Shown: positions 36,725 through 51,515 of the stretch, piece by piece
How the letters are laid out: every line of letters begins with the position of its first letter
How positions within the stretch are numbered: the first letter of the stretch is position 1
NCBI GenBank assembly: GCA_951406725.2
Contig: OX597817.1
Span: forward strand, 45,942,001-46,006,000
DNA from: Octopus vulgaris
Taxonomy: Eukaryota
Reading direction: 5' to 3'
Length of the DNA stretch: 64,000 nt
Made by a program: the position numbers and the translations under genes
The notes under the pieces: generated by a model
What the model saw: only the letters and a program-made list of their open reading frames with translations
Databases searched by the model: none
What the model was told of the DNA's origin: nothing

Positions 36725-38168
36725 CGTGTGTGTATGTGTCTATCTGTGTGTGTGTATGTGAGTGTGTAGGAGTGTATGTGTGTTTTTACTACTCTTCCTG
36801 TCGAATAAAAATTGCAACTATTCTTCCACTTCACTCTTGGTTTTCCCTTTGTAGTTCTAAAGAATTCTTTGTGTTCTTATGCAATATTCAATCCAGTACT
36901 TTACAGAAAGCATTGTTTCAGAAAGCAAAGTTTTTACCTAAAGATAACTAAACCTCATCCAAAGATTGTCGCTCTAAGAAGGTTTGCAAATGCTACGGGC
37001 ACGGCCCTTTCCCGTTTGATATGCTAATGTGAAGCAGGTAGATTTTACAAACCGTTTTGCTTTGCATCATGCCACAATCTGATTCGCTTAAAAGGAAAAA
37101 AATGCAATGTTCGGAAATCAATTTCTCGAAGATATTGCATTTGAAATACTGACATTAGTCCACACGTGTATGTTTGACTTAAGGCCAGATTGTGTATTTA
37201 AATAAATGTACTTGTCTTGTATCCTTTTACGTGAAAACGTGTATTTCAGTTTCAAATTATAAAATTTATGTATAATGCATGTGAATGCGTTGAGATTTTT
37301 GCAATTATTCAAGCGAATGAAAGTAGTGGTAACTGTGCGTCTGTTTTCCTATTCTGCTGATAAAATCTGTGCGTGCCTATGTGCGTGTATACACACACAG
37401 AGACACACCTACATTCGACACACATATGTTCGAACGTAACGATCTATATGGTTCTACGAGTGGAAAGGTTTACGTAGTTCTTTATGCGTAAAGGTTTCTA
37501 TGGAAAATATTCGAATTCACGTTTTCTTTGAATTTAAGCATACGTGCACGTATACAAATGTTTCATTATATAGTTGCGTGTATTTGTAAACGTGTGTGAG
37601 TGTTCATGCATATCTATACAAACTCATGCATTTGAGAATGTCTCACGAGATTTTGTCATTTCGTCTTATTCAAATAAGCAACGGGAAAAAATGCATAAGA
37701 AGGTGGAGCGACTGGGCTGAGTGTTGTAAAATCAATTTAAAATATCGTTGAACAGGAATGAGCAGAGCTTCGAATTTACAGAGTAAAGAAAGCAATGGAC
37801 TAAAGAAATCAATCGGCATTGTCGTTTGGGATTTTTGTTGTTATATTGCAAATTTATTTTTTCCTATAATATTCGCTTTTGAAAAATACGAAAAGAAAAT
37901 ATGAGATCGATATATTTTTATATGATCTGCGAAATTGGATGAAAGTTAACGTTATTGTTCGCAATAAATGAATAAATGACGCAATTCGGAATAGGGGGAA
38001 TTAGAAATGGTATCTTTAAAATATTAAAAAAAAAAATAAAAGAAATACTTCAAGACTTCAAGACTTCTAGCATCAAAGGCTTCAATTTGGTTTCATTTAT
38101 TGGTATTTTATAGGATATTTTGTATTGTTTCGGTGACCATTTTGTCAAGGCGTAACGTTAAGCGATGA

Positions 38169-38182
38169 ATGATTATTATTAC

Positions 38183-38246
<64 letters not shown>

Positions 38247-38260
38247 ATTAATATTATTAC

Positions 38261-38320
<60 letters not shown>

Positions 38321-38380
38321 TATTATTATCAACATTATTATTATTATTATTATTATCATTATTATTATCATTATTATTAC
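38169..38380. repeat. (ATT)n microsatellite
   Basis: Direct reading. Confidence 0.95.
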
Positions 38381-38381
38381 T

Positions 38382-38600
38382 AAGGCGGCGAGCTGGGAGA
38401 ACCGTTAGAACGCCGGGCAAAATTAATTAACGGCATTTGTTTCAGCTCATTACTTTCCCAGTTCAAATTCTGCCACGGTTGGCGTTACCTTTCATCTGTT
38501 CGGAGTCGATAAAATAATTTCCAGTCGAGTCCTGAAGAAGCAATAACCGACCTACCCCTATACGCAAAAGTGCTGGCCTTCAGCCACAATTTGAAACTAT
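38382..38600 (+). mobile_element. SINE family B-related, diverged
   Basis: aaggcggcgagctgggagaaccgttag...agttcaaattctgcc. Confidence 0.7.
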
Positions 38601-39048
38601 TATCATTATCATTGATGTTGTATTAACAAATCTTGCTTTTGACCTTATTTTTACTTCTATTATTATTTTTGAAATAACAGTGGTTTTGATCTAAGCAAGA
38701 AGCTGGCAATTATGAAGAAAAATGGTTTGTGAGTACCATTGACCCTGATACTTGCCTGATACCTTATTCTATCGACCTTGGAAGGATGAAGGACCAAGAT
38801 GACCACGTTGGTAATCAAACTCAGAATAGAAGAGGCAAGGTATTTAGAGCAAGAAGACAATTTGTCCGACACTGAATGGATACTAAGAACTCTTCATAAG
38901 ATAATATCAATAACAACAACAATAATAATCCTTTCTGCTACAATCAGAAGACCTGAAGGTGTGTGAGAGGGGCTAGTCGATTACATACAACCCTGTGCTC
39001 AACACTTGCATATATTATCGGGCACGAAACGATGAAAGGTAAGGTCCA

Positions 39049-39763
39049 CTAAACAGACACCATAAGCTTTTTTTGGTGAATATTCCATTCTCGATTGAGT
39101 TTAGGAACTTCGTCTCTATCCAACCACCATACTTGGAATTGTTGAAAAGAATCCATTTTCATTACACGTAACAATTCAATGAAAAAATTTTCACTTTTAT
39201 GCCGTGACAGCAAAGAACAGCAACTTTCAAGACGACGTGTCATTTGATGCTTGTCCAGTTTCTTTACCTTGCCGATTTGTTTCAGATGGTTCGTACATTG
39301 GAAATCGAAACATCAAACCTTACAGCTAACTCACGCGTATTTTGACATGTATTGGCTTCCACTACAGTTTCCAGCTCATCATTATCTACCTCGGTCTCAG
39401 GCTTACCAGGGGAATGATGTTCAAGAGTAAAGGAACTTCTTAAACCATTGATGTACAGTGCACTCATTCGTCACATCTTCGCGATACACCTCATGTTTCG
39501 AGCTGCATGGGACGCGTTGGTTCAACAACGAATCTCATATTCATAAAGAACACACATTTTTTATGTATCCGTTGGTTCACAAAAATTGATTTACAAGAGA
39601 AAACTCACAATATAATCAGATATTATGAATTGCATTTCGAAAAGTGATGATGTAACACTTGAATGTTGTAAAATAAAGAATTGTCAGGATAAAACATTAG
39701 GGTTAACGACTGTGAAACATGTTGCATTAGAAAATCGGACATTCCATTCCTTACTGATCTCCT
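39049..39763 (-). pseudogene. Decayed mariner transposase 5' part
   Basis: GKPETEVDNDELETVVEANTCQNTRELAVRFDVS (second HTH of mariner) and RRLESCCSLLSRHKSENF. Possible TIR near 39730-39763. Confidence 0.75.
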
Positions 39764-40279
39764 ATACATAGGTGTTGCAGTGAACCATGAGCTATAGAAT
39801 GTAATGTGTAGCATCTGTGTATCTCATTTCTTGTTTTCTACGAAACATCCATTGTAGTTTGGTTTGTCTTGTTATGGTGAATTCTGAATTATATACGCAA
39901 AATAAATGGAGTGCCGCTGCGAGATGAAATTAGGGTAATTTTCTTAAGTCATCTCGATCTTCGAAGCAAAAAGAAACGCACCCTGAATCTCATTTGTCAA
40001 AATGGGGTTCGTATCTTTCCATAAAGGTGTTTGATAGACTGAACATATGTGAACATATTAATGGAGTAGAGTGTTGCGTTATATACACTAATCTTCTCTC
40101 GTGGGAAACCGATGCACAGAGGTTGTTTGGGAAACAAAATATGTACGTAAGATGTACAGCATTTGCATCTTATCACTTAATATTATGTCCTAATCCTACA
40201 ATTACATTCACTCACGCATCAGTAAAAATGATTGGCATACACAGTCACATATATATGTTCATACCCCCCCACACACACA

Positions 40280-40770
40280 CACACACAGGTAAGCGTGCAA
40301 TACTTCAGACAGACAGACAGGTAAGCGTGCAGACATCAGACAGACAAGTAAGCGTGCTGGTCTGCAGACGGAAAGGCAAGGAACCGTACAGACCTATAGG
40401 CAGGCACGCAGGTGGGCAGACAGACCAGCAGGTAGGCGTGGAGGCCATCAGGCAGACAGGCAGACAGATAGATAGGTAAACAGACAGACAGATAGATAGG
40501 CAGGCCGGCAGACAGCCTGACAGGTAAGCAGGCAGGTAAACAGACTGACAGATAAGCCTGCAGGCTTGCAAGCAGGCAGACACCCCAGACTGACAGCAAA
40601 ACCTGCAGGCAAGCAGACTGACAGGTAAGCCTGCAGGCTTACAGGTAGGTAGGCAGGCAGGCACGTAAGCTTGCAGACCTGCAGGAAGGCAGACAGACAG
40701 GCAAGTAAGCGTGCAGGCGTGCAAGCTCAATGACTTACAAACAGAGGGAAACGCAGACAAGACAGATCGA
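40280..40770. repeat. Degenerate (CAGR)n / caggtaagc low-complexity satellite
   Basis: Recurrent acaggtaagc, gcaggc and acagac. Confidence 0.8.
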
Positions 40771-41279
40771 TAATTATATAGGGATGTATAAACAGAACAT
40801 TGTGCACTTCGAAACGGTTATATTAAACGTAGAGTAGAGCGAGCAGTAATAGTTTTGCCTCAGAGAAACTTCTGTTAAGAGGCTGTGTGTACTGTAAACA
40901 ACTGGTTCCAATTTAATTGAGCAAATCTTCAGACAGCCGTGCTTTGGCTTAGCCGCTCTACAGTGACTGACACCCCAGCTGTTCTGAGTTAAATTGTATC
41001 TTATTTTTCAGTATAGAAGTCAGGGAATCCAAGAAATTCTTCACTGGAATTGAGCGTGACAATGAAAATGTCAATCCGTTTCCTTTTCGACTGGTACTTT
41101 CTTTCATTTTCCCTGGAAGAATAAACGGCAAAATTGACCACGTTAGTTATCGAACGCAGAATGTAAGAAGCCACATAATTTTTACAAGAAGACAGTTCCT
41201 CTGACACTGTCACTAAGAGTTCTTTATAATATAATATTAATAACAGCAACAACAATCAAGCCACAGCAAGAGTAATAAT

Positions 41280-41572
41280 GTTTCTTTATTAGCTACACAG
41301 GGCTGAACACAAAGGGGACAGATTACAAAGTAGAGCTTTTCTTTTTGGGGAGAAAGACAACAAAAAAGAAAAAGAAAAAGAAAGCATAAGAGCGAGGTAG
41401 GTTTTCGATCAAAAGGGATCGTAAAAAGAGAAAATAAATGGGGGAAAAAAACGATCAATAGGGATCGTGTATCACAGAAATGTCATGATGTAAAGTGTAA
41501 AGGGGAAAGGAGATGAGGTTTATCCGTGGAAAGAAAAGCCTGCGGAAAAGACCACGGTAACCTCGGTTACCG
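41280..41572 (-). mobile_element. Probable LINE 3' UTR fragment with a SINE-B-like tail
   Basis: The minus strand ends tctgtcccctttgtgttcagccctgtgtagctaataaagaaa, preceded by a pyrimidine-rich UTR. Confidence 0.45.
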
Positions 41573-43029
41573 TAATAGTAGTAATAATCCTTCCCACCAT
41601 AGGCCGAAAAGCTGAAATTTCATGAGGTATCTAAGCCCGTATTGCAAACCACCTAGCAAACTGTTCATCATATTATGGTCCCACGTATAAGCATGAGGCC
41701 ACGTATCTTAACAAAAGTAAGAGAACATTAGGCTGGGCTCAGTATTAGACTCAGTATTTCATCACCAATGATAGAATTATCAATTTGTCCCCGGTGCAAT
41801 ACCATGAACACAGAAACACATAATGAAATACTGCAAAGCACATTGTCCATGTCTCCATCCGATCCTACGAGTCACTTGACCTTTCCAAACAGTAGGGCTT
41901 ATAAAGATCCTATAGCTTCTGTAAGGAAGCCACACAATACGAACAATACGTGCTTTTATTTTACATTAGCCTTACTTAAAGAGACATTGTCATCTCATGG
42001 GGATAATAACGTTCTTGACTTTCAACTCTTAACATCGTCTCTTTATCTAATACTATATTGATTGCATCAATGCCATACCATATTAAAATAATTATTTGGC
42101 CATTGCTATATCATACTGCGATGAATAAAGTATATTGTATGTTCTGAATAAATCCAAGTGGAATAAAGAAAGCCGTCTGGGTACAGGATACTTTAATGGC
42201 AAGCCTATCCTACAACAGTATATAACTTTAATATACTAAGGATATTGCCGAGTTTTATTTTTATCTAACCATCTAACATTAAAAGCTGATAAGAATACAT
42301 TAGTTCATTCATATATCCAATTTGAAGTACAAAGATTCAAGGAACGGCTTGGACATAACACATTATTGATAATAATTTAGTTAGGAAAGAAGCAAATTTC
42401 ATCGAACGTAATAACATTCTTTACTTATTCAGAAGTCGGTTTTCAACGAAACTTTTCTCTATTATTTATTTTTCCTATCGGATATCTTCAAAGAAGATCT
42501 AAGCACTAGGAGACCACAAACTAATGCAACATGATGATATCATTTCTTCTGCGCGATACGAATAATATTTTGATCAAAAAAACCAAATCTATCATGTTTT
42601 AGATATTTTTTAATAAACTTAGATGTAAAGATTAGAATTTTGTAGTCATATTTTCGCCCAAAGTTTGGCTATTCGAAATATAGAATATTTTGAAAATGTA
42701 CATTCAGATATATTAATTACCACACAACCATACTATACACATAGATATTCATATGTGTGAATTGAATCTGTGTGTGCGTGACTTTGTATGTGTGGCTGTT
42801 CGCGTGCATTCATGTGACTGCGCTTCAGTAATGATTATTTGTATCGTATATTAGGTGCACATGCACCAATATGCTCTCTAAGTTGTGTACGTTCTAAATT
42901 CATACTGGGCTTTCTGATAATTTGCCAAAATTACTACCTTTGATCTAGACATCATTTCTTTCCTCTTACATTTGAAACAAAATTTCACTGTAACAAATAT
43001 TATTTCCGACAAAAGAATTGCATTTATTA

Positions 43030-43551
43030 TTGCGTTGTTCGGAACGTTCGTGCCGATTTATAGTAGCTTATCTTTCGACTTATTTTAGAAAATGGTTGAG
43101 TCCATAAAATAGGATTTGACTACACCTACATTTAGAGCACAGTTAAAGCTATCTTTTCGTGGAAGAAGGTTTATATTCCTATAACATGTGTTAATTCTGT
43201 AATCCTTTAAAATGGTAGACAAGAAAGTTCATTTTCGGCACTTAATGTTACCCCACCCTCCATATTCACCAGATATTGCATTTTTGGATTTCCTCTTATT
43301 CAGGTATCTGCAGAATAGTCTTAATGGTAAAAATTTCAATTCCTTGGATGACGTAAAAAGATATCTTGATGAATTCTTTGCCATGAAACCACCTCAATTC
43401 TGGGAAGAGGGTATTTTCAAATTAAAGGAAATATTGAGACGCATTGTGCAACACAATGGTTCATATTTGGTTGATGAAAAATGTAATGGCAAGTATTTAT
43501 TGACCATTTTCTTGACTTCAAAAATCGGCACGAACTTTTCGGACACACCAG
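43030..43551 (+). mobile_element. Internally deleted mariner element with both TIRs
   Basis: TIRs ...gttcgtgccgattt / aaatcggcacgaac... with TA flanks. The ORF joins the N-terminus MVDKKVHFRHLML in frame to PHPPYSPDIA...FWEEGIFKL...NGSY. Confidence 0.9.
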
Positions 43552-44347
43552 TACTTCCTTTGCTTACGATTCTATCCTGTAAGTAAAACGCAAGACATTT
43601 CAGCGTGTACACGTCGCTGCTATGTGTGAAACATTCAAAAATACTTCCGGTACAACAAGCCGCCCACTTTTAGTAATATTTCCTGCATGCCTCACCACCA
43701 AATATAAGACTTATATACACAAAATATTTAGCGTTTCCTCACTCTAATGTTATTTGTATTTAAACTATTTAAAGTTGTGTCCTAAAGCCAAGGTATGCAT
43801 ATTGCCTAAATCTTAAAAACTAACAATCAATTTCTGATATGAGCAGACACTAAATAAGCATTCGTTTGAATAACACTGACTAATGTTGCGTAACTTTAGC
43901 GGGGCCAATGCTGTCACAAATATTCGGCAAATAGGAAAAGGCACCGGATATAAAGTCAACAGACATCAGCCTGTAAACATTCCAGTATGTATATTTATTT
44001 AAACGTATTGGATGAATATACACACATGTATGAGTGAAGGATGTGAAACCAATAAGCATATAGAAACAAATAAACAATTGAGCAAAATATCAAATTGGCA
44101 ATGCACTATATGGGTGTGAAGGTGCTAGTTCCTTACGTCCGTTTCTGCCAAGAGGCACTCCATCTTTTCACTGTTATGCAGGAATGGGCAGACAATGGTT
44201 GAAAAATAGGCTTCTACAGAGGGTATAGTTGGTGGTGGTGGGGCCACACATATAAAACTTACTTAAGAATAGCTAAAGCGTGTTTATAATTTTAAATAGA
44301 GTAGAATGAGAATACGAGTAAGATTCCGCTCTATTTAAAAAGGATTC

Positions 44348-44453
44348 TACTGCGTGGCATCTTGGGCAAGTGTCTTCTATTATAGCCTCGGGCCGACCAA
44401 AGCTTTGTGAGTGGACTTGGGAGACAGAAACTGAAAGAAGCCCGTCATACACA

Positions 44454-44542
<89 letters not shown>

Positions 44543-44740
44543 GCATGTATATGTTTGTGTGTCTGTTTTTTTTCTTTCCCAACATCACTTGACAATCGTT
44601 GCTGGTGTGTTTACGTCCTCGTATCTTAGCGGTTCGGCGCAAAATGCCCATAGAATAAGTCCTGGGGTGGATTTGGCTCGACTAAAAGCGGTGCTCCAGC
44701 ATGGCCGTAGTCAAATGACTGAAACAAATAGAAGAATATA
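44348..44740 (+). mobile_element. SINE family A (5'-truncated)
   Basis: Homologous to 8195-8540. Confidence 0.85.
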
Positions 44741-45517
44741 AGATATGTATATATATATATACACACACATAAATATATGACACATATTCGTATACCATAT
44801 ACAAACAAACACGAATGCATATCCACATATAAATTCCCGTGCGTCAACGCATAGTAATTGACTAATGCATATATCTAAATGCTACTCAGGTATATCATAC
44901 CCGCTCACTACCACCCTCAAAATATTAATACGTGTAACATTTGTCACTTACATGAAAATACTAATATTTCGCTTTCCTATACATCACGCCTACAAAAGCT
45001 ATATCCCTTTTGAGCGAAATACGAACACGCGCGCTTTTCCGTTTTCATGTTACGTACGTTTCTATGTTTGCATAAGTGTGTGTGTGATTGTGTGTATGAT
45101 TGTGTGTATGCGTGTAAGTTTCATTTAGGTATCACTATGAATATTTGATTTTACTCCTTTAGTATTTTCTGTTTTCGTTCTAATTTCCATCTGTGATGTT
45201 AAACCGTTTGTCAGGGATGTTTGTAATCTTGTTTTTGATCGTTAAAATGCAGACAGATATACGCGTGCTCGGTCACGTTTATGCGTGCGTTTACATGTAG
45301 AGTTCTGCGAACATGTATCGCTATATACACACACAGTGGTACACAAACATGCATGTGAGTGCATGTTACATGTTCGATTTTATAACATCGTAATCTATCA
45401 TTTCTATCACATCTCTCTCTTTCTCTCACTGCCTCTCTCTCTCTCTCTCTCTCTCTGCCCCTCTCTCTCGTGCTCCTACTCTTCCTCTTACTCTACCTCA
45501 GTAATATGTAGACTATG

Positions 45518-46110
45518 AAGGCGGTGAGCTGGCAGAATCGTTAGCACGCCGGGCGAAATGCGTAGCCGTATTTCGTCTGCCGTTACGTTCTGAGTTCAAA
45601 TACAGCCGAGGTCGACTTAGCCTTTCATCCTTTCGGGGTCGAGTAAATAAGTACCAGTTACGCTCTGGAGTCGATGTAATCGACTTAATCCGTGTCTCTC
45701 TCCCTGTTTGTCCCCTCTGTGTTTAGCCCCTTGTGGGTAGTTAATAAATAGGAAATAGATACTTCGTCTGCTGTTACGTTCTGAGTTCAAATTCCGCCGA
45801 GATCAACTTTGCCTTTCATCATTTCGAGGTCGATTAAATAAGTACCACTTACACACTGAGGTCGATATAATCGACTTAATCCGTTTGTTTGTCCTTGTTT
45901 GTCCCCTCTGTGTTTTGCCCCTTGTCGGTAGTAAAGAAATCGGTATTTCGTCTGTCTTTACGTTCTGAGTTCAATTTCCGCCGAGATCGACTTGGACTTT
46001 CATCCTATCGGGGTAGATAAATTAAGAAACAGTTATGCACTGGGGTCGATGTAATTGACTGGCCCCCTCCTCCAAAATTTCAGGCCTTATGTTTAGAGCA
46101 GAAAAGAATA
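45518..46110 (+). mobile_element. SINE family B with three tandem body repeats
   Basis: One head, then bodies restarting at ~45760 and ~45943. Confidence 0.85.
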
Positions 46111-46774
46111 TATAGATTATAATAAATCCTTACGATATCGAGGTGGCAATGAGGAAGATTGTCTCCAACTGAAGTCCTGGGAGATCCATAATTAGTTGCT
46201 AAGCAAAAAGATAAATTTAGTTCTTTAGGTTACTATAGAGGAAATTAGACATACGAATATTAATGAAGAAGGAATTGGTAATAAGTTAATTGCTATTAAA
46301 TCGGTAAAGGGTACAAGATAATTTCCACTCCAGTAAGAAAAATTACCACGTTAAAGAACGAGAGAAATTTACTTACAATGTGTTTGAAAATAGATATAGG
46401 CTTAATTACAAAACTATAGTTAACAATATTAAGTAAAATACAGTTATAAAGAGATTTATTTTTATTAATATGATAAAGATAAGAGGAAGGATGAAAATTT
46501 ATATTTGTAGGAGAAATAAGTGACAAAAGAATAAACACAATTAATCTATCAACGCGTTCACCGTAGTTTTAAAATGAATATGTTTATGAGTGTTAAAGCG
46601 AAGAATACAAAAGAAAAAGAAAGAAAAATGCGAGGTGCAGTATGAAGGTCAAGGATAAAAAATGAAGGGAAAAGATGACGATGAAGAAGAATGATGAAGA
46701 ACATTTGGAGAAGGAAAATCATGTAGGAGAAAGGAGCAGATGTAGAAGAAGAACATCAATAAGATGATGATTAT

Positions 46775-47200
46775 TGTTGTTGGTATCCTTTCTTCTCGGG
46801 AGGCAATGGAGTTGCGCATAAACTAATCCAATCTGGTTTTCGCATTTCATGTCCTCTCCGGTTTCCTCTCCAGTTTTGCGCAGGCCTTGGCTATATGTAA
46901 GAAAATCCCGGGTAGCCCAATCGTCAGGATTCCTCTCTCGACCTTGCTGACGTAGTCCAAAGGAGTGCAGAGCATTACGTTTGGCACCAGCTTGTTTGCA
47001 GGAGCTACCGGAGGAGTGTCGAGTCAAACACTAAACCACCTATGGGGCTCCACTCTGGATTTCTTTGAAGGTTGTCTCCTTTCTGTAACCCTGCATAGGG
47101 GCCCATGCCGAGTAATGTAAGACAGAGCTGGCTGAGCCTGGGACTCGTGTCAGGTAGGGCCGTCACTCCCTGAAGTAGTGAAGAAAATCGCTACCCTCTA
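46775..47200 (+). mobile_element. Probable RTE-type 5' UTR / Ceph-domain-like interspersed repeat
   Basis: GC-balanced island with ctgacgtagtccaaagga...tttggcaccag..., recalled as resembling RTE 5' regions. Not confirmed by alignment. Confidence 0.35.
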
Positions 47201-47394
47201 CCTAATAACATGATGGAGATGAAGGAGAGAGTCTACAACGAAAGGTTGGTTGGTAGGTATATATGGTTTTATGCATTTGATTAATGGATGGAATGAGTTT
47301 TCAATAAGGTGTCTGGTAGTGGACATATAAACAAAGTCGTTTATTTTCAACAAAATCATAGAAGCATTGAATAGCAAAATATATCTATGCATTT

Positions 47395-47443
<49 letters not shown>

Positions 47444-47461
47444 GTAGTAGTAATAGTAATC

Positions 47462-47524
<63 letters not shown>

Positions 47525-47778
47525 ATACTAATAATAATAGTAATAATCATAATAATAATAATCAAACGTTGATGCAAGGCCAGAAATTTTGATAGTGGGG
47601 CTAATTCGATTAAATTCCAAATCAAGTATCCAACTAGTACACTTTTTTATCGAGCGCGATAGGCAGAGCGACGTTGGGACATTATAATAGTAATAATAAT
47701 GACGATGATGATGATGATGAGGATGATGAGGAGGAGGAGGAAGCGCAGTAGGAGGAGGAGGATGTCGGATTAAATGCC

Positions 47779-48003
47779 TATTTCTTTACTACACACAAGG
47801 GGCTAAACACAGAGAGGACAAACAAGGACAGACAAAGGGATTAAGTCGATTATATCGACCCCAGTGTGTAACTGGTACTTATTTAATCGACCCCGAAAGG
47901 CAAAGTCGACCTTGGCGGAATTTGGACTCAGAACTTAGCGGCAGACGAAATACCGATAAGCATTTCGCAGGGTGTGTTAACGATTCTGGCAGCTCGCCGC
48001 CTG
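47779..48003 (-). mobile_element. SINE family B
   Basis: Homologous to 6181-6414. Confidence 0.85.
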
Positions 48004-48004
48004 C

Positions 48005-48056
<52 letters not shown>

Positions 48057-48296
48057 CAACAATAATAATAATAATAACAATAATAATAATAATTTAATCG
48101 CCACAAGACTACAGCTTGGGGGAGCTAGACTAAATTAATTACATCGATCCCAGTGTTCAACCGGTACTTAATTTATCGACCTCGAGAGGATGAAGTGCAA
48201 AGTCAACCTACTCTGAGTTTGAATTCAGAACATAAAGACCGACGAAATACTGCTGAACATTTCGCCCGACTTGCTAACAATTCTGAGATCACCGAC

Positions 48297-48333
<37 letters not shown>

Positions 48334-48343
48334 CAAGTGTCTC

Positions 48344-48390
<47 letters not shown>

Positions 48391-49786
48391 GACAACAATA
48401 TCCTATCATAGTAGCTTGCAGTTTTAGGCATGATAAAAAATATTCAGACAAATACATAACAGTAAAACACCAGGACTTACGAACACATATAACATACAGA
48501 AAATTGCACTACTAGGCACTGCACACATCCTACGCAGAACACTTTCCATACAATAACCATCAGAGGATCACAACTAATGCAATGCATTTTCCTCTGTCTG
48601 CCGCTGTAGCTATTCAGGCATTAGTGGATAATGATCATCACGAAGATGCTGATGACGATGAGGAAGTCCTGTTACCAGTGTGTCAATATTAACATGTAAC
48701 AAGAAAGCCGATGTAGACTCCTATTTACATAACTGTATTATCGTATGCCTTGTCAGCATAGTACATTCTCTATGCCCGGTAATATATATATATATAATAA
48801 TAATAATATAATATAATAATAATATGTGGATGCATGTCCTGGTGTATATATCATATAGTCATGATATATATATATATATATATATCACCATCACTAGAGT
48901 TTATATGATTTGTTTTCTTTTAAATTAGAAAAATAATAATGAATATGAAGTGAGATATTATACGCGATTCAGCCACAATAATGATAATAATAACAAAAAC
49001 AACAACAACAATAACAAGAATAATAATAATAATAATGATTTCAATTTTTCGCCACAAGACTAGCTTGGGGAGGGGTAAATTAATTCCATCGATCTCCATG
49101 TGCCTGTTCTTTCATCATTGCTCGGTATATTTCCAGTACATTTTATTTGCTCGACACTTCGCCCCGTATTTAGAATATCTGCAATAATATTTATCATGCA
49201 AAGACCGACAAAGTTTACACTGACAGTTATGCCTTTTTGAAATCGTTTCTGCTTTTATATTTCCACTCTGTCACTGCTGACGGTTTACATTAAGTATCTA
49301 TAAAGCGAATATTTCGTATATCTCTTTCTGCTTAGCTCAACTAATAATATCTTTTTAACGCAACGTCTAATAGTATGAAAAAGTTTTAGAGCAGGGTGTT
49401 AATGGTCGTCTCTGATTTAGCCAGAGGGGCAGTAATATTAATGGGGAGGCTTTGAATGATTACATCGATTGAGATTCACCTTTGTCAAAGCTGAAACTTG
49501 CAAGTGCTTTGCTTTCCATCGCTGTTTGTTTTTTGTTTTTGTTTGTTTGTTTGTTTTCGTTTCCTTCTTGTATTTATTTACTTTTTTCATTTCCTATATA
49601 AAGAGATTTTATACTCTCTAATTGAGGTTGTTGCGCAGTTTATCGCATCAAAGGTAATAAAGCATATGCAACTATGCACGCTGCATTGTAGACGCACATG
49701 CAATGTTTGCAATATGAGTCAAGCGTTTACTTTGAAGCAATAAAATTAAGGGGGTTTCTGAAATGGAGTTTCTTTCCCCTTTACTC

Positions 49787-49874
<88 letters not shown>

Positions 49875-49935
49875 GTTGTTGTTATCATTATTATTATTGT
49901 TGTTATCCTTATTATTATTATTATTATCATCATCA

Positions 49936-49995
<60 letters not shown>
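49787..49995. repeat. (ATT)n microsatellite
   Basis: Direct reading. Confidence 0.95.
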
Positions 49996-49996
<1 letters not shown>

Positions 49997-51515
49997 AAAT
50001 TTTATTGATATTATTTTCATCATATATGGATATATAATTGTATATGTATATAAACACAAAGAAGACAATGTAAGTGTTTTGTGTGTGTGTGTGTGTGTGT
50101 GTGTATGGGTGTGTGTGTGTGATTGTGTATACAAGAACATGCATATATGTATTATATCCTTTTACGTAAATATGTACATGTACATACAGAAAAACGCACA
50201 CACACACATCGACGCACATAATTAGAGGTGTGTGTACACACACGCACGCACATGCACACATAGGTATTAACGTATGTGTCCACACACACCTGTTTGTGAA
50301 TATGTGTGCGAGTATGCCTGCGTGTGTGCGTGTGTGTGTGTGTGTTTGTTCGTAGTTTTGTTTGTGTTTGTATGCTTGATACATTTATTGTGCATCTGTC
50401 TCTGGTCGGGCACATGTTTGCTTATACGCAGATTTAAATTTATGTATAATTGACTATACAAGATCTATGTCATGAATATTGATGTAGTTGTACATACATT
50501 CATAAATGCATATATTCGCACGTTTCTACGAGCATATAATGTGTATAAAATATGTATACGTACAATTTTCATTCATTAGACATACAAATATATTCATAGA
50601 TATTTTTTAGTAAGTAGCATGCATAGCCTAAATTATTTGTCCATGAATGACATAATGCTCATACGCAGCATGAATATAAGCATATACGTTGTCGTACTGG
50701 GTTGGATATTCGGATCATATTTGACAGATCGTTGGTTCAATTCTTAATGGGGCAGCAAATTATATCCTTGAATAATGCAATTCATTTCAAGTTGCTCCAA
50801 TCTATACAGATGTATATTTACATTTTTTCTAGTAAAATGTTGTTGCAGCCTCTCTTCCACCCGTTATATTGCCCTGGATATTTTTTCTATTATAAGAATG
50901 GGAGCTCGTAAATTTCTCCATATCTGCTCGTGTATATAGAGGCCCATAGCCACTTCTATCACTGCGACCCCTTATACATAGAATGAGTGGTTACACTATG
51001 AAAGGAAATTTACCTGAGAAATTTAAACCTATATAACATTTCAATTTATGCATGTTACTGGCACAGCGTGTAAGGCTAAATCATCACTTCAGCTTATTTT
51101 GCTTTAATCACCACGACATTAGATTTGATCCCAAGGCTGTTTTGGCTGATATTTCTCAGAGTTTGATCCAGTCTCCACCACGTAGAATGTTTCATAAATA
51201 GACAGCAATTATTGTTTAAGCATGGTGCCCATAGCTTAATCAAATTCATCAGGTCTTAGTGTTGCTACGGACATCAGGGATATTTAGACCGGAGCATATC
51301 TCGGTTCTCTTGACGTATTGGCAAACGGGTTTACAAGACTGCCTCCAGAATGAAGCTGGACCCCGGTCTATCACTGGCTTAACTTCTAGCCTTTTCTGGT
51401 ATCTATATTAAGCTTAGTGAATTGAAACAACTTCGAATGAGATATTTTGCCAATAATAAAATACAGCGCTCGGTTTGGAAATAGTTAGTCAAACAACGTA
51501 ATCCCTAGTTTATTG

